Notes: generated by a model from the sequence alone, not told the origin. 64,000 nucleotides of DNA from Nemertoderma westbladi (GCA_032718475.1 JAUCBJ010000915.1:1-64000); one strand, 5' to 3'; numbered from the stretch's first letter, positions 50,180 through 64,000 are shown. Numbers and translations: made by a program.

Positions 50180-53100
50180 GTCTACATTTGTAGACCAAAA
50201 GTAGGTGTTATAATTATTTATGTTGTTATGTTGTTACTCGAACTGGTTTTTGAACAACACATTCGTAGCAAGAAATTGATGTATGCAAGCGCATACATCA
50301 CTGAAACTGATCATTACACATCATCATTAAATAAATTTCCGTATTAAGAAAAAGAAAATGTCTTATACGAAGTAGAATCTAAAAATCTCAAATTTGTCTC
50401 TCTGGAGAAGCGCCATGCCCCTCTTGAAGCACCCCGTAAAATGAACTCAATCTAACATTGGTGTATTTTCCTAGGAAGGCCATTTAATATATTTGTTTTA
50501 GGTTTTAGGGCCATATCTCCGTATTTCTAATTCAGGGAATATTCTAAGGAAATCTTGATATCACACTTCAATTGGGATTTTGGTGGATATTATTTATTAT
50601 ATAATACAATAACTGCTGTAAACAACGGTATGGGAGGTATGAGGGGAGGGGGTTAACTATAATATGCTGAGCCTGATATAATCTGAAATTTACAGGTACA
50701 GAGATTATAAATGTACGTTTTTGTATGGAAAATGTGCCTGAGCTAGTATTATGCACCTTAATTATTACTATAATGATTGCCAGGTTTCACGTCAAAATGA
50801 TTATAAAATATGAAATATCGAAGGTTTTAAATTTTGTGAAATTTAAAACTGCATATAAAAAACTTAAAAATCTGCATAGGCCCTATGGATCAGTTTCTCC
50901 CAAATGATGCAGCGCAGGTTGTACTATAGTATTGATTTCACAAGTTTCAGCTTAACGTATCATAAATAACGAAACTGGAGGAGGATTTCACTTTACTATT
51001 ATTACTTACTTTTATTATTAACTTATAAGGCAATGGGCAAATGGCAAGGCAAGCAGTAGAAGCCACCTTTGCCTCACATCTCTGATTGTAATCCCAATTA
51101 TCCTTCCCCCTGCCTTTTCCGTTTGACTCATGTCTGTCTGCCAGTCTATTTCTGCCAATAGACATCAATAAAATTAATTTATGAATTTAGGGCCATATTT
51201 TATATTTTGATATTATAAAGGGGCCACTGTTAATAAATTTAATATAATTAACTGTAGATTATGAACTCAATCTAACATGGGTGTATTTTCCTAGGAAGGC
51301 CATTTAATATATTTGTTTTAGGTTTTAGGGCCATTTCATATCTCTGTATTTCTAATTCAGGGAATATTCTAAGGAAATCTTGATATCGCACTTCAATTGG
51401 GATTTTGGTGGATATTATTTATTATATAATACAATAACTGCTGTAAACAACGGCGAGAGGTATGAGGGGAGGGGGGTAACTATAATATGCTGACCCTGAT
51501 ATAATTTGAAATTTACAGGTACTATAGTACTGATTTCACAAGTTTCAGCTTAACATATCATAAATAATGAAACTGGAAAAGGATTTCACTTTACGACCAT
51601 AATAATATAATGCCTTTTGAAAGCGGCTTACAAGCCACTTACGAACCGATTATTACTTACTTTTAATATTAACTTATAAGGCGATGGGCAAATGGCAAGG
51701 CAAGCAGTAGAAGCCACCTTTGCCTCACATCTCTGATTGTAATCCCAATTATCCTTCCCCCTGTCTTTTCCGTTTGACACATGTCTGTCTGCCAGTCTAT
51801 TTCTGCCAATAGACATCAATAAAATTAATTTATAAATTTAGGGCCATATTTTATATTTTGATATTATAAAGGGGCCACTGTTAATAAATTTAAAGTAATT
51901 AACTGTAGATTATGAACTCAATCTAACATGGGTGTATTTTCCTGGGAAGGCCATTTAATATATTTGTTTTAGGTTTTAGGGCCATTTCATATCTCTGTAT
52001 TTCTAATTTAGGGCATATTCTAAGGAAATCTTGATATCGCACTTCACTTGGGATTTCACTTCATGATGGATGGGCACTTCAGTGGATGTAGACGTATATT
52101 TTTTATTATATGATACAATAACTGTTGTTAACAACGGCGGGACTGGGAAGTATGGGGGGGAGTAACATCGTCCCCGTGTGTGTCTTTTTTGTGTCTCTTT
52201 TTACCTTCGATATTTCGTATTTTATAATCGTTTTGATGTGACACCTGGCAATGATTATATTAATAATTAAGGTGCATACTACTAGCTCAGGCACATTTTC
52301 CATACAAAAACATGCAGTTTTAATCTCTGTTAAGAAATTTCAGATTATAACAGACTCAGCATATTATACGATGTTATCGACGCAGATTCCATTTTTGCCA
52401 AATCTAAGGCTGCCTGACTGGATTGTGAGATGGTTAGAGGGGTCTGGATCAAGCCTTTGCACGCCGGATAGAAATAATTATAGAACATAAGGGAACACAC
52501 GAGAACACAGTTAGAACATAATTAGAATACACCCCGAACATGGGCTAACACATGCACGCATTGCACACATTAATGCACGCCTGTAATATTGTTCTTCCAA
52601 TGTGACTAAACAAGTGTAGGATTCCTTATACAAGCAGCTACCTCATTTTGATTGATCTAGGATAAGTGACTACACCTCTTCCGTTGATGCATCCATAGGT
52701 CTACGTTTCAATTGACGACAAAAATTATTAGAGTTATTCTTCAAGGATCTTATAATTCTTAATACATCTCCAGATACCTTTTTATCAATTAGAGACAATA
52801 TTAGGGGTGAGTACAAAATAAAGAACCAAGGCCCAATTAAGTAACCTGCATAATCTTGTAAAATGTGTTAACTTTCGTTTATTGTTTTGGTTCCACCAAC
52901 ACGCTTCTGTAACCTGCTCCTTTACTAACTTGCTCCTTTAAATGGCAATGGGACTTAAAGCGACTTTACCTCTTTGTTTTGTACAAGGGTCTTTGGTCTT
53001 AACATTAAAACTATAATTATTGCTAGCCCTAAAATTAGTTAGAATTAAAACCCAATAGCGCTCAAGGTCTACATTTGTAGACCAAAAGTAGGTGTTATAA

Positions 53101-53253
53101 TTATTTATGTTGTTATGTTGTTACTCGAACGGGTTTTTGAACAACACATTCGTAGCAAGAAATTGATGTATGCAAGCGCATACATCACTGAAACTGATCA
53201 TTACACATCATCATTAAATAAATTTCCGTATTAAGAAAAAGAAAATGTCTTAT

Positions 53254-54112
53254 GATCATTGACTTCTTTATTCCAACATATGGAGCTTAGTAAAATTAAT
53301 CAATTGAAGCACAAATTTCCGTAAAATAAATAATAATATAATATAAATATTAAAATACTGTTACTAAACTATAATAAATAAGTCACGGTGGATGGGGAAG
53401 TGGTTGGTCTACGCTCATCAGATACAGCGCGCATCTTAATGTAGACAGGTTGGCTGGCATTCCGGTGCATTGCAGGTAGTGGGCGGTAGATGTGGCACTA
53501 TTATTGCACAACCAGCAGACACATTGATCAGTGGGTCTCCAGCAGTTCGAAATTTTACAAATCCGATGGTGGCAGCCGTTCGCCATTAACTGGGCTGCTG
53601 CGCGGCGACGAAAACCGGTTAGGTCCACGAGATTAATTTCCGCGTCATCGCAGTTATCTATTGCGTTAAGGATTGCAGTTGACGACGAGTATTTACTGAT
53701 GCCGCACTAAAGTTTGTAGTAAAATGCTCGCACTCGATGGATGTGTTCCAGCCGCGGAACGTTTTCGTTAGACGTAAAAATAGTGCATCCGTATGTTGTC
53801 GACGGGTAGATTACAGTTGTCCACAAACGTTTTGCCGTGGCTAACGATATATGATGTAGATTTACCTTAGTTGCAATACGAATAGAGCAGGCCACGCCTT
53901 TTTTGTATAAGTGCTGGAAGTGAGCTGTGGGACCATTTTTTGTTGCTTGCACTACGCCTAAGTAGTTGAACGTATTTTGAAACTCCAATAAAGTGCCATT
54001 ATAATATAATTTATCACCAGAAGCTAAACGGCCACCTCTGCGGAATTTGACTGCCTTAGTTTTCTTTATATTGACCTTCAGGTCATTGACCCGACAATAT
54101 TCTGATAATCTG
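53254..54112 (-). mobile_element. 5'-truncated non-LTR retrotransposon insertion with 16-bp TSD
   Basis: YCRVNDLKVNIKKTKAVKF..FNYLGV..YGC and C-terminal CWLC..HYLQC; AATAAA near the 3' end; TSD AAAGAAAATGTCTTAT at 53238-53253 and 54113-54128; empty site at 50351. Confidence 0.92.
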
Positions 54113-57100
54113 AAAGAAAATGTCTTATACGAAGTAGAATCTAAAAATCTCAAATTTGTCTCTCTGGAGAAGCGCCATGCCCCTCTTGAAGCACCCCGTA
54201 AAATGAACTCAATCTAACATTGGTGTATTTTCCTAGGAAGGCCATTTAATATATTTGTTTTAGGTTTTAGGGCCATATCTCCGTATTTCTAATTCAGGGA
54301 ATATTCTAAGGAAATCTTGATATCACACTTCAATTGGGATTTTGGTGGATATTATTTATTATATAATACAATAACTGCTGTAAACAACGGTATGGGAGGT
54401 ATGAGGGGAGGGGTTAACTATAATATGCTGAGCCTGATATAATCTGAAATTTACAGGTACAGAGATTATAAATGTACGTTTTTGTATGGAAAATGTGCCT
54501 GAGCTAGTATTATGCACCTTAATTATTACTATAATGATTGCCAGGTATCACGTCAAAATGATTATAAAATATGAAATATCGAAGGTTTTAAATTTTGTGA
54601 AATTTAAAACTGCATATAAAAAACTTAAAATCTGCATAGGCCCTATGGATCAGTTTCTCCCCAATGATGCAGCGCAGGTTGTATTATAGTATTGATTTCA
54701 CAAGTTTCAGCTTAACATATCATAAATAACGAAACTGGAGGAGGATTTCACTTTACTATTATTACTTACTTTTAATATTAACTTATAAGGCAATGGGCAA
54801 ATGGCAAGGCAAGCAGTAGAAGCCACCTTTGCCTCACATCTCTGATTGTAATCCCAATTATCCTTCCCCCTGCCTTTTCCGTTTGACTCATGTCTGTCTG
54901 CCAGTCTATTTCTGCCAATAGACATCAATAAAATTAATTTATGAATTTAGGGCCATATTTTATATTTTGATATTATAAAGGGGCCACTGTTAATAAATTT
55001 AATATAATTAACTGTAGATTATGAACTCAATCTAACATGGGTGTATTTTCCTAGGAAGGCCATTTAATATATTTGTTTTAGGTTTTAGGGCCATTTCATA
55101 TCTCTGTATTTCTAATTCAGGGAATATTCTAAGGAAATCTTGATATTGCACTTCAATTGGGATTTTGGTGGATATTATTTATTATATAATACAATAACTG
55201 CTGTAAACAACGGTGAGAGGTATGAGGGGATGGGGGTAACTATAATATGCTGAGCCTGATATAATTTGAAATTTACAGGTACTATAGTACTGATTTCACA
55301 AGTTTCAGCTTAACATATCATAAATAATGAAACTGGAAAAGGATTTCACTTTACGACCATAATAATATAATGCCTTTTGTAAGCGGCTTACAAGCCACTT
55401 ACGAACCGATTATTACTTACTTTTAATATTAACTTATAAGGCGATGGGCAAATGGCAAGGCAAGCTGTAGAAGCCACCTTTGCCTCACATCTCTGATTGT
55501 AATCCCAATTATCCTTCCCCCTGCCTTTTCCGTTTGACTCATGTCTGTCTGCCAGTCTATTTCTGCCAATAGACATCAATAAAATTAATTTATGAATTTA
55601 GGGCCATATTTTATATTTTGATATTATAAAGGGGCCACTGTTAATAAATTTAATATAATTAACTGTAGATTATGAACTCAATCTAACATGGGTGTATTTT
55701 CCTGGGAAGGCCATTTAATATATTTGTTTTAGGTTTTAGGGCCATTTCATATCTCTGTATTTCTAATTCAGGGCATATTCTAAGGAAATCTTGATATCGC
55801 ACTTCACTTGGGATTTCACTTCATGATGGATGGGCACTTCAGTGGATGTAGACGTATATTTTTTATTATATGATACAATAACTGTTAACAACAGTGGGAC
55901 TGGGAAGTATGGGGGGGGGGGGGGGGAGTAACATCGTCCCCGTGTGTGTCTTTTTTGTGTCTCTTTTTACCTTCGATATTTCGTATTTTATAATCGTTTT
56001 GATGTGACACCTGGCAATGATTATATTAATAATTAAGGTGCATAATACTAGCTCAGGCACATTTTCCATACAAAAACATGCAGTTTTAATCTCTGTTAAG
56101 AAATTTCAGATTATAACAGACTCAGCATATTATTTGATGTTATCGACGCAGATTCCATTTTTGCCAAATCTAAGGCTGCCTGACTGGATTGTGAGATGGT
56201 TAGAGGGGTCTGGATCAAGCCTTTGCACGCCGGATAGAAATAATTATAGAACATAAGGGAACACACGAGAACACAGTTAGAACATAATTAGAATACACCC
56301 CGAACATGGGCTAACACATGCACGCATTGCACACATTAATGCACGCCTGTAATATTGTTCTTCCAATGTGACTAAACAAGTGTAGGATTCCTTATACAAG
56401 CAGCTACCTCATTTAGATTGATCTAGGATAAGTGACTTCACCTCTTCCGTTGATGCATCCATAGGTCTACGTTTCAATTGACGACAAAAATTATTAGAGT
56501 TATTCTTCAAGGATCTTATAATTCTTAATACATCTCCAGATACCTTTTTATCAATTAGAGACAATATTAGGGGTGAGTACAAAATAAAGAACCAAGGCCC
56601 AATTAAGTAACCTGCATAATCTTGTAAAATGTGTTAACTTTCGTTTATTGTTTTGGTTCTGCCAACACGCTTCTGTAACCTGCTCCTTTACTAACTTGCT
56701 CCTTTAAATGGCAATGGGACTTAAAGCGACTTTACCTCTTTGTTTTGTACACTCTAGGGTCTTTGGTCTTAATATTAAAACTATAATTATTGCTAGAAGC
56801 CACCTTTGCCTCACATCTCTGATTGTAATCCCAATTATCCTTCCCCCTGCCTTTTCCGTTTGACTCATGTCTGTCTGCCAGTCTATTTCTGCCAATAGAC
56901 ATCAATAAAATTAATTTATGAATTTAGGGCCATATTTTATATTTTGATATTATAAAGGGGCCACTGTTAATAAATTTAATATAATTAACTGTAGATTATG
57001 AACTCAATCTAACATGGGTGTATTTTCCTAGGAAGGCCATTTAATATATTTGTTTTAGGTTTTAGGGCCATTTCATATCTCTGTATTTCTAATTCAGGGA

Positions 57101-59971
57101 ATATTCTAAGGAAATCTTGATATTGCACTTCAATTGGGATTTTGGTGGATATTATTTATTATATAATACAATAACTGCTGTAAACAACGGTGAGAGGTAT
57201 GAGGGGATGGGGGTAACTATAATATGCTGAGCCTGATATAATTTGAAATTTACAGGTACTATAGTACTGATTTCACAAGTTTCAGCTTAACATATCATAA
57301 ATAATGAAACTGGAAAAGGATTTCACTTTACGACCATAATAATATAATGCCTTTTGTAAGCGGCTTACAAGCCACTTACGAACCGATTATTACTTACTTT
57401 TAATATTAACTTATAAGGCGATGGGCAAATGGCAAGGCAAGCAGTAGAAGCCACCTTTGCCTCACATCTCTGATTGTAATCCCAATTATCCTTCCCCCTG
57501 CCTTTTCCGTTTGACTCATGTCTGTCTGCCAGTCTATTTCTGCCAATAGACATCAATAAAATTAATTTATGAATTTAGGGCCATATTTTATATTTTGATA
57601 TTATAAAGGGGCCACTGTTAATAAATTTAATATAATTAACTGTAGATTATGAACTCAATCTAACATGGGTGTATTTTCCTGGGAAGGCCATTTAATATAT
57701 TTGTTTTAGGTTTTAGGGCCATTTCATATCTCTGTATTTCTAATTCAGGGCATATTCTAAGGAAATCTTGATATCGCACTTCACTTGGGATTTCACTTCA
57801 TGATGGATGGGCACTTCAGTGGATGTAGACGTATATTTTTTATTATATGATACAATAACTGTTAACAACAGTGGGACTGGGAAGTATGGGGGGGGGGGGG
57901 GGGGGGAGTAACATCGTCCCCGTGTGTGTCTTTTTTGTGTCTCTTTTTACCTTCGATATTTCGTATTTTATAATCGTTTTGATGTGACACCTGGCAATGA
58001 TTATATTAATAATTAAGGTGCATAATACTAGCTCAGGCACATTTTCCATACAAAAACATGCAGTTTTAATCTCTGTTAAGAAATTTCAGATTATAACAGA
58101 CTCAGCATATTATTTGATGTTATCGACGCAGATTCCATTTTTGCCAAATCTAAGGCTGCCTGACTGGATTGTGAGATGGTTAGAGGGGACTGGATCAAGC
58201 CTTTGCACGCCGGATAGAAATAATTATAGAACATAAGGGAACACACGAGAACACAGTTAGAACATAATTAGAATACACCCCGAACATGGGCTAACACATG
58301 CACGCATTGCACACATTAATGCACGCCTGTAATATTGTTCTTCCAATGTGACTAAACAAGTGTAGGATTCCTTATACAAGCAGCTACCTCATTTAGATTG
58401 ATCTAGGATAAGTGACTTCACCTCTTCCGTTGATGCATCAATAGGTCTACGTTTCAATTGACGACAAAAATTATTAGAGTTATTCTTCAAGGATCTTATA
58501 ATTCTTAATACATCTCCAGATACCTTTTTATCAATTAGAGACAATATTAGGGGTGAGTACAAAATAAAGAACCAAGGCCCAATTAAGTAACCTGCATAAT
58601 CTTGTAAAATGTGTTAACTTTCGTTTATTGTTTTGGTTCTGCCAACACGCTTCTGTAACCTGCTCCTTTACTAACTTGCTCCTTTAAATGGCAATGGGAC
58701 TTAAAGCGACTTTACCTCTTTGTTTTGTACACTCTAGGGTCTTTGGTCTTAATATTAAAACTATAATTATTGCTAGAAGCCACCTTTGCCTCACATCTCT
58801 GATTGTAATCCCAATTATCCTTCCCCCTGCCTTTTCCGTTTGACTCATGTCTGTCTGCCAGTCTATTTCTGCCAATAGACATCAATAAAATTAATTTATG
58901 AATTTAGGGCCATATTTTATATTTTGATATTATAAAGGGGCCACTGTTAATAAATTTAATATAATTAACTGTAGATTATGAACTCAATCTAACATGGGTG
59001 TATTTTCCTAGGAAGGCCATTTAATATATTTGTTTTAGGTTTTAGGGCCATTTCATATCTCTGTATTTCTAATTCAGGGCATATTCTAAGGAAATCTTGA
59101 TATCGCACTTCACTTGGGATTTCACTTCATGATGGATGGGCACTTCAGTGGATGTAGACGTATATTTTTTTATTATATAATACAATAGTTGTTGTTAACA
59201 ACGGTGGGACTGGGAAGTATGGGGGGGGGGGGGGGGGGAGAGTAACATCGTGCCCGTGTGTGTCTGAGTCTGTATTCACAGAAATACTCAATATTCAAAT
59301 CCCTTAACTTTTCCTAGAATTAACATACGTTTTTAATGACTAAATCTGAAACATTTTGAAATCTAAAACTATATTTGAAAGTTATTTTTTGTGGTACTAA
59401 TTATCGTCTGGTGTGTTTAAAAATGGCCAAACCAAATAATTAAAAAAATAGGCCACAAAATGGCACTCTGCTGTGGCCAAAAGTGCCTTTTTGTGCAAAT
59501 GGTATTCTGAACAAGTGTCAACATTTCTGAACAAATTTCAAATCATTCCAGCAAAAATCGGCGGAGAAATAGCCGATTTCATGACAAAATATAATTCTTA
59601 GTTAAAGGTGTTTAATATGTCGCTTCATTTCTAAATTTAATATGTAGTCTGCGAAAATAACAATATTACGATCCATCGGTATTGTCTTATTTATTTATAA
59701 TATCGATCTTACGATTTATATTTTCATTAACTTTTTTTATTTTCTGAATTTATTTACTATTTCTCACTGAAAGTGGACATGTTTATTGAATTTTAATAGC
59801 AGCAAAATGGCCTACTTTAGACCATGTACTTAAAAGGCCATTGAAAAGGATATGGCCCCTACAAAACAATGCCCCCTGTCCTAAAGGCCTGTTTACACGT
59901 GGCAACTTTTAGAGCAACTTTCTCGGCGACTAGCAATGTGTTTGGAGCAATTTAATTTAATCGCTGTTTAA

Positions 59972-61486
59972 CCCTATTAAACCCGGGGGGGGGGGGGTCA
60001 ATATGACCCCCCCCCCGTGGTTTTTTTATTATAATTCTGAAACAAACGCAGTTGGGAATCTGAAATTTTATGACTTTTCCTAAAAATCTATTGTCTTCCT
60101 AGTAGTGAAAACCGTTTTCAAAAATATTGGGTACTTTTCGAGTTATAGCACCATTTTTTAACCCTACTTTTGGCACTTTTTTTGAGACGTTTTTTGAAAA
60201 TTACATTTCATTAAATATGAATTGTAACATCTCTATTTTTGATTTACACCGGTTTTTTGGTGTTAGAAATTGGATGGAATTCATATAAATTGATTTAGAA
60301 ATTTCAAACTTGTTTTTTTCGGTGGGTGCCAAATTTTGGTACCAGCACCAAATTTTGAAATAAGTCAATTTGGTAAATTGATTGTTTGAAAGTTGTTTTT
60401 TACGCAATTTGGGTTTTTTGGGATTCTGGATTCGATGAAATATATACGAGTTGCACCAAGCGTATCAAACTTGTATTTTTCGGTGCTGTGTGCAAATTTT
60501 GGTGCTAGCACGAAATTTTGAAAATCCATTCAATAGATAAAATTGCTTGTGACAATTTATTTCTTGCGTTTTAGAGGTTTATGGCCGTTCTGAATTCAAT
60601 GGAAAATATAATTATCTAACTAGACATCTCAAACTTGTATTTTTCGGAAGTGGGTGCAAAATGTGGTGCTACTGTAGCACCAAATTTTGAAAACCATCAA
60701 ATATATCAATTGATTGTGCCATCTTGTTTCTTGAGTTATACGGATTTGTCAGGGTTCTGAATTCAATGGAAACAGTAAAAATTTCATAAGAGTTTTCAAA
60801 CTTGTATTTTTCGCCGGTGGGTGAAAATTGTTGTGCCAGCACCAAATTTTGGAAAATTAGTAAATTGATAAGTAGATAGTATCATCTTGTTTCTTGCGTT
60901 ATACGGGTTTATGAGGGTCCTGAATCCGATGGAATCAATAAAAACAGCACTGGACATCGCAAACTTGTACTTTTTGGTGATTGGTACGAAATTTGGTGCT
61001 AGCACCAAAATTTGTCAAATTACGCCGAAAAATACAAGTAGCAATGATCTGGCATATTTGAAATGTATTCCATTAGAATCAGCGCCCTAGAAAACCTGAA
61101 ACTGTGAATTTATAGCATGATATAAGTGAATTAAAAATTTTGTGTTCTAACTGAAAAGTGCTGGTTACTTGTTTTTTCATTTTTTTCCTACGCAGAGAGG
61201 ACTAAACAGCCATTTATGGTAATGATATCATTTTTTAATATTTTCCAATGTATTTTGCGCCCCAGAAAACCTATATTGAAAAACAATTAAAAAGCCGAAA
61301 AATGTAAATTTGAAATTTTGTGAAAATTGTGCACTACTTGTAATTTTGGTGCTGCAATATTACCACCCCAGTAAATTCAGACGTTTTCGTTAATATTTGT
61401 AGATTTTAGAGGGAGGGGTCAATATGACCCCCCCCCCCCCCCCCCCCGGTATTTGTACAGCATTTTATAGCCCGGTACTAATAGGG
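59972..61486. mobile_element. piggyBac-like non-autonomous element with internal ~162-bp tandem repeats
   Basis: TTAA|CCCTATTAAACCCGGG .. CCCGGTACTAATAGGG|TTTTAA; palindromes GGGGTCAATATGACCCC near both ends; CAAACTTGT.TTTTT units at ~60306, 60467, 60630, 60797 and 60960. Confidence 0.8.
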
Positions 61487-61994
61487 TTTTAAAAGACAAA
61501 ATGTAAAACATTCACATGAAATTAATTTTTTCTTGCCCTTATGTATTATATAAGGCTATATAATGTATTATTATTTATTATTGCTAGCTAGCTATATTTA
61601 TTTTCTTTTGAATTTGACCTTGACTTTGACTCGGTAGTGTAAACGCGGTCTTAAAGTTTTTGAAATTTTTCAATTAAATTATCATGATATCTAGTAAAAT
61701 TTATGGTAGCTAATAAATAATAAAAGCAATGATTAAAGTCATTTCAACAAGAAATTTTTTTTTAATTTTAAATTTTTATTGTTTCACTAGCTAATAAAAA
61801 GTATTAGCTAACACAAAATCAAAATTTCTAGCTACAATCGTACTGTCAAAATGTAAAATGTTCTAGAATAAAAACCTCATGATAAAAGCTATTTTTCAAA
61901 AGAAAAAATTTGACTTCTGGATTTCTCTCACAAAAAAACCGCTTTATGTAATACTGTTTAATTTAATTTGAATCTATTTATAAAAACCTTTAAA

Positions 61995-62410
61995 AAGGAT
62001 TGTCCCATGCAATACAATATTCCATTGGAGCCACTAAAATTCAAAATGACCTCTATTGGACACTGTTCATAAAGGGCCACCAAAAAATGAAATGGCTCTT
62101 ACAAGACATTGTCCATTAGAGCCACTTAAATATGAAATATATTTCATATATATTAGGCAATTTTCCCTTAAAGCCATTCAAATCTGAAATGGCCCATATT
62201 GGATAGTGTCGCTTGGAGCCACTCAACTATAATGTGGCCCGATATTAGCCAATTTTTATCAAACGCCTTTGAAAAGGCAATGGCCCATGCAAGACCATGT
62301 TCCATTTGAGCCAAAAGTTCGAAATGGCCTTAATTAGTCACTGTTCATAAAGGGCCACTAAAAAATATAATGGTTCTTACAAGACAATGTCCCCTTGGAG
62401 CCACCCAAAT
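61995..62410 (-). repeat. Degenerate inverted copies of the 44-45 kb 45/90-bp satellite
   Basis: AAATGGC(C/T)..ACAA(T/G)..TGTCC..TTGGAGCCAC / AAAGGGCCAC, the reverse complement of the GTGGCTCAAATGAGACATTGT units. Confidence 0.6.
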
Positions 62411-62479
62411 GACAAATATTATTTAGATTATCTAAAAATAAAAAAAATAAAATGTTTATTACAATATATTTTGTTACAT

Positions 62480-63170
62480 TATGTCAACATAACAGCGTTC
62501 TGGTGAATTACTCATAACGCTGCAAAGTACTACTTTGCAGCGTTGCGGCCTATAGGACGGAACGTTGCAAACTAATCAATGACATGGAAACAACTTCAAT
62601 TACCGTATTCCAGAATGTATTATTTCCATTTATGTTAATGATTGCAGCTTTATTATCCAATTTGCAGTGACGGGACAAGCTACTGGATGTAAATAATTGT
62701 TTAACATGTACTGTAATCCATTATGGCGAAACGTCCAATAGAAGACACTAAATTAACCAAAGAAAGTGACGACAGTGTTCAGTAAAACTGTACGGACACA
62801 GACGGTGAATAAGTTTGCTTCAGTCGACTATAGTCAAGATGGGTTAATGATTTATCACATCCAAGCAGGAGATAACTTCCAATAAACTTTAATTAGATTT
62901 AAATGTATAATTAATACTGTGTACCAGTGTACCTGTTAATTAAAATGTATAAATGAGCAACCATAAAATCCTTTCTTCACAAACCGAACGCTGATAAGTT
63001 GACATAATGTAACAAAATTACATACATCATTGCTTGCAAAGGTCACTTTTCAGCGTTAAAGACCCTTGTTTATTGATGTAAACCTCCCTCGCTGCGCTCG
63101 CTCAGTACATAAATAAACTCGGGTCATAACGCTGCAAAGCGCTACTTTGCACACAATGATGTAAATAGTT
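62480..63170. mobile_element. MITE-like element with palindromic TGCAAAG..CTTTGCA motifs
   Basis: CATAACGCTGCAAAG(T/C)..CTACTTTGCA at ~62513 and ~63125, with a related inverted motif at ~63030-63065. Confidence 0.45.
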
Positions 63171-64000
63171 ATTAGATTTAATTAATACGGGATAAAATTC
63201 ACATTATATTTAATAGGCCTATAGATAATTGTTACATTAGGGTAAGAGGCAAAACGTCTACATTTATGTCTCCAATATATGAATTACTGGTGGGGGATGG
63301 AATTCGTAGGGGTCGTAAGATGTATTTAGGCTAGTCTATAAACTAATCCCCCACCAATGACAAAATGTTAATAATGAAGTGTATAGTACTCGAAATAGTG
63401 ATAAGTTATCCTTCCTAGAGGTACCGAACAGTCATACATTATTTCTTAAAAAAGCACAAATTTTAATCGCTTCTCAGTGAGAATTTATTAAAACCCTGTT
63501 GTTATTTACATTATTGTTATTTACAATTTAACAAACATATTTTGTTTGCACAAGTTTCGATCTTCAAACGGCTGAGACATCCAAATAGTGGCGCAAATTG
63601 ACCATTAGTGAAAAGGTATTGTTTATTGTTTTGGGTAGAAAACACCGCCACTAATGTTTGAAATTTAAATAAATTAATTTTTTAAATCATCTAAAAACAC
63701 ATATTTTGTGTTTTCGGTCACTTTGCGCCATTAACTCGAGAAATCACATCCGCTTTTTTGACTGTCGGTCATAAGTGATAATAATTATCTATTATATAAA
63801 GACTTAAAATCGTCTAAAAACTACATATTGTACAACTCATAATCAGAAATTACACAAAAGTGAATTGTATGCGTTATTGTAGATATATATATTTTTTAAA
63901 ATATCTGCAAAGGCATTTTTGGCTGTAGAATTAAATTGATAATAAATACTATTGTTTACCGCTAGGGGTGCAAGTTAAATTCATAAGAACTAAAGGCAAT

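Larger units (their letters stand above)
46040..59270 (+). repeat. Mosaic higher-order tandem repeat (periods ~1980 bp and ~3760 bp) built from shared sub-modules
   Basis: Identical spurious ORFs recur at 56704/58684 (1980 bp) and 50947/54707 (3760 bp); module CTGTCTGCCAGTCTATTTCTGCCAATAGAC recurs at ~46121, 51134, 51785, 54894, 55545, 56871, 57521 and 58851. Confidence 0.92.

Noticed and set aside
54113-54153. N-terminus MRFLDSTSYKTFSF of the 148-aa LINE ORF
   Set aside because: Derived from the TSD and flank, outside the insertion
46442-58875. Recurrent small ORFs (MENVPELV.., MMSIGRNR.., MIILIIKV..) as a gene family
   Set aside because: Translations of non-coding repeat modules; no domains; indels shift them between copies

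Overview
AT-rich eukaryotic (invertebrate-type) genomic window that is almost entirely transposon-derived. The only host gene is a FARP/Cdep-like FERM protein (minus strand, ~407-2141), whose FERM+FA region lies in one long exon. There are two Bel/Pao LTR retrotransposons. Bel-1 (13815-~18378) is an open gag-protease ORF cut off before RT. Bel-2 (~25698-37550) has a putative 5' LTR and PBS and a frameshifted gag-PR-RT-RH-IN. After pol, Bel-2 carries a 7-unit 73-bp hairpin array and then a co-oriented extra ORF with a DEDDy/RNase D-WRN-like 3'-5' exonuclease domain plus three Cys/His zinc-knuckle-like motifs; this is the best candidate for an undescribed system. The rest comprises a decayed piggyBac, CR1/L2- and RTE-type LINE remnants, foldback/MITE/Helitron-like elements, nested insertions with TSDs, several minisatellites and a ~13 kb mosaic higher-order repeat (46-59 kb). 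That repeat preserves filled and empty insertion sites side by side. All calls come from reading motifs by eye; no searches were run.
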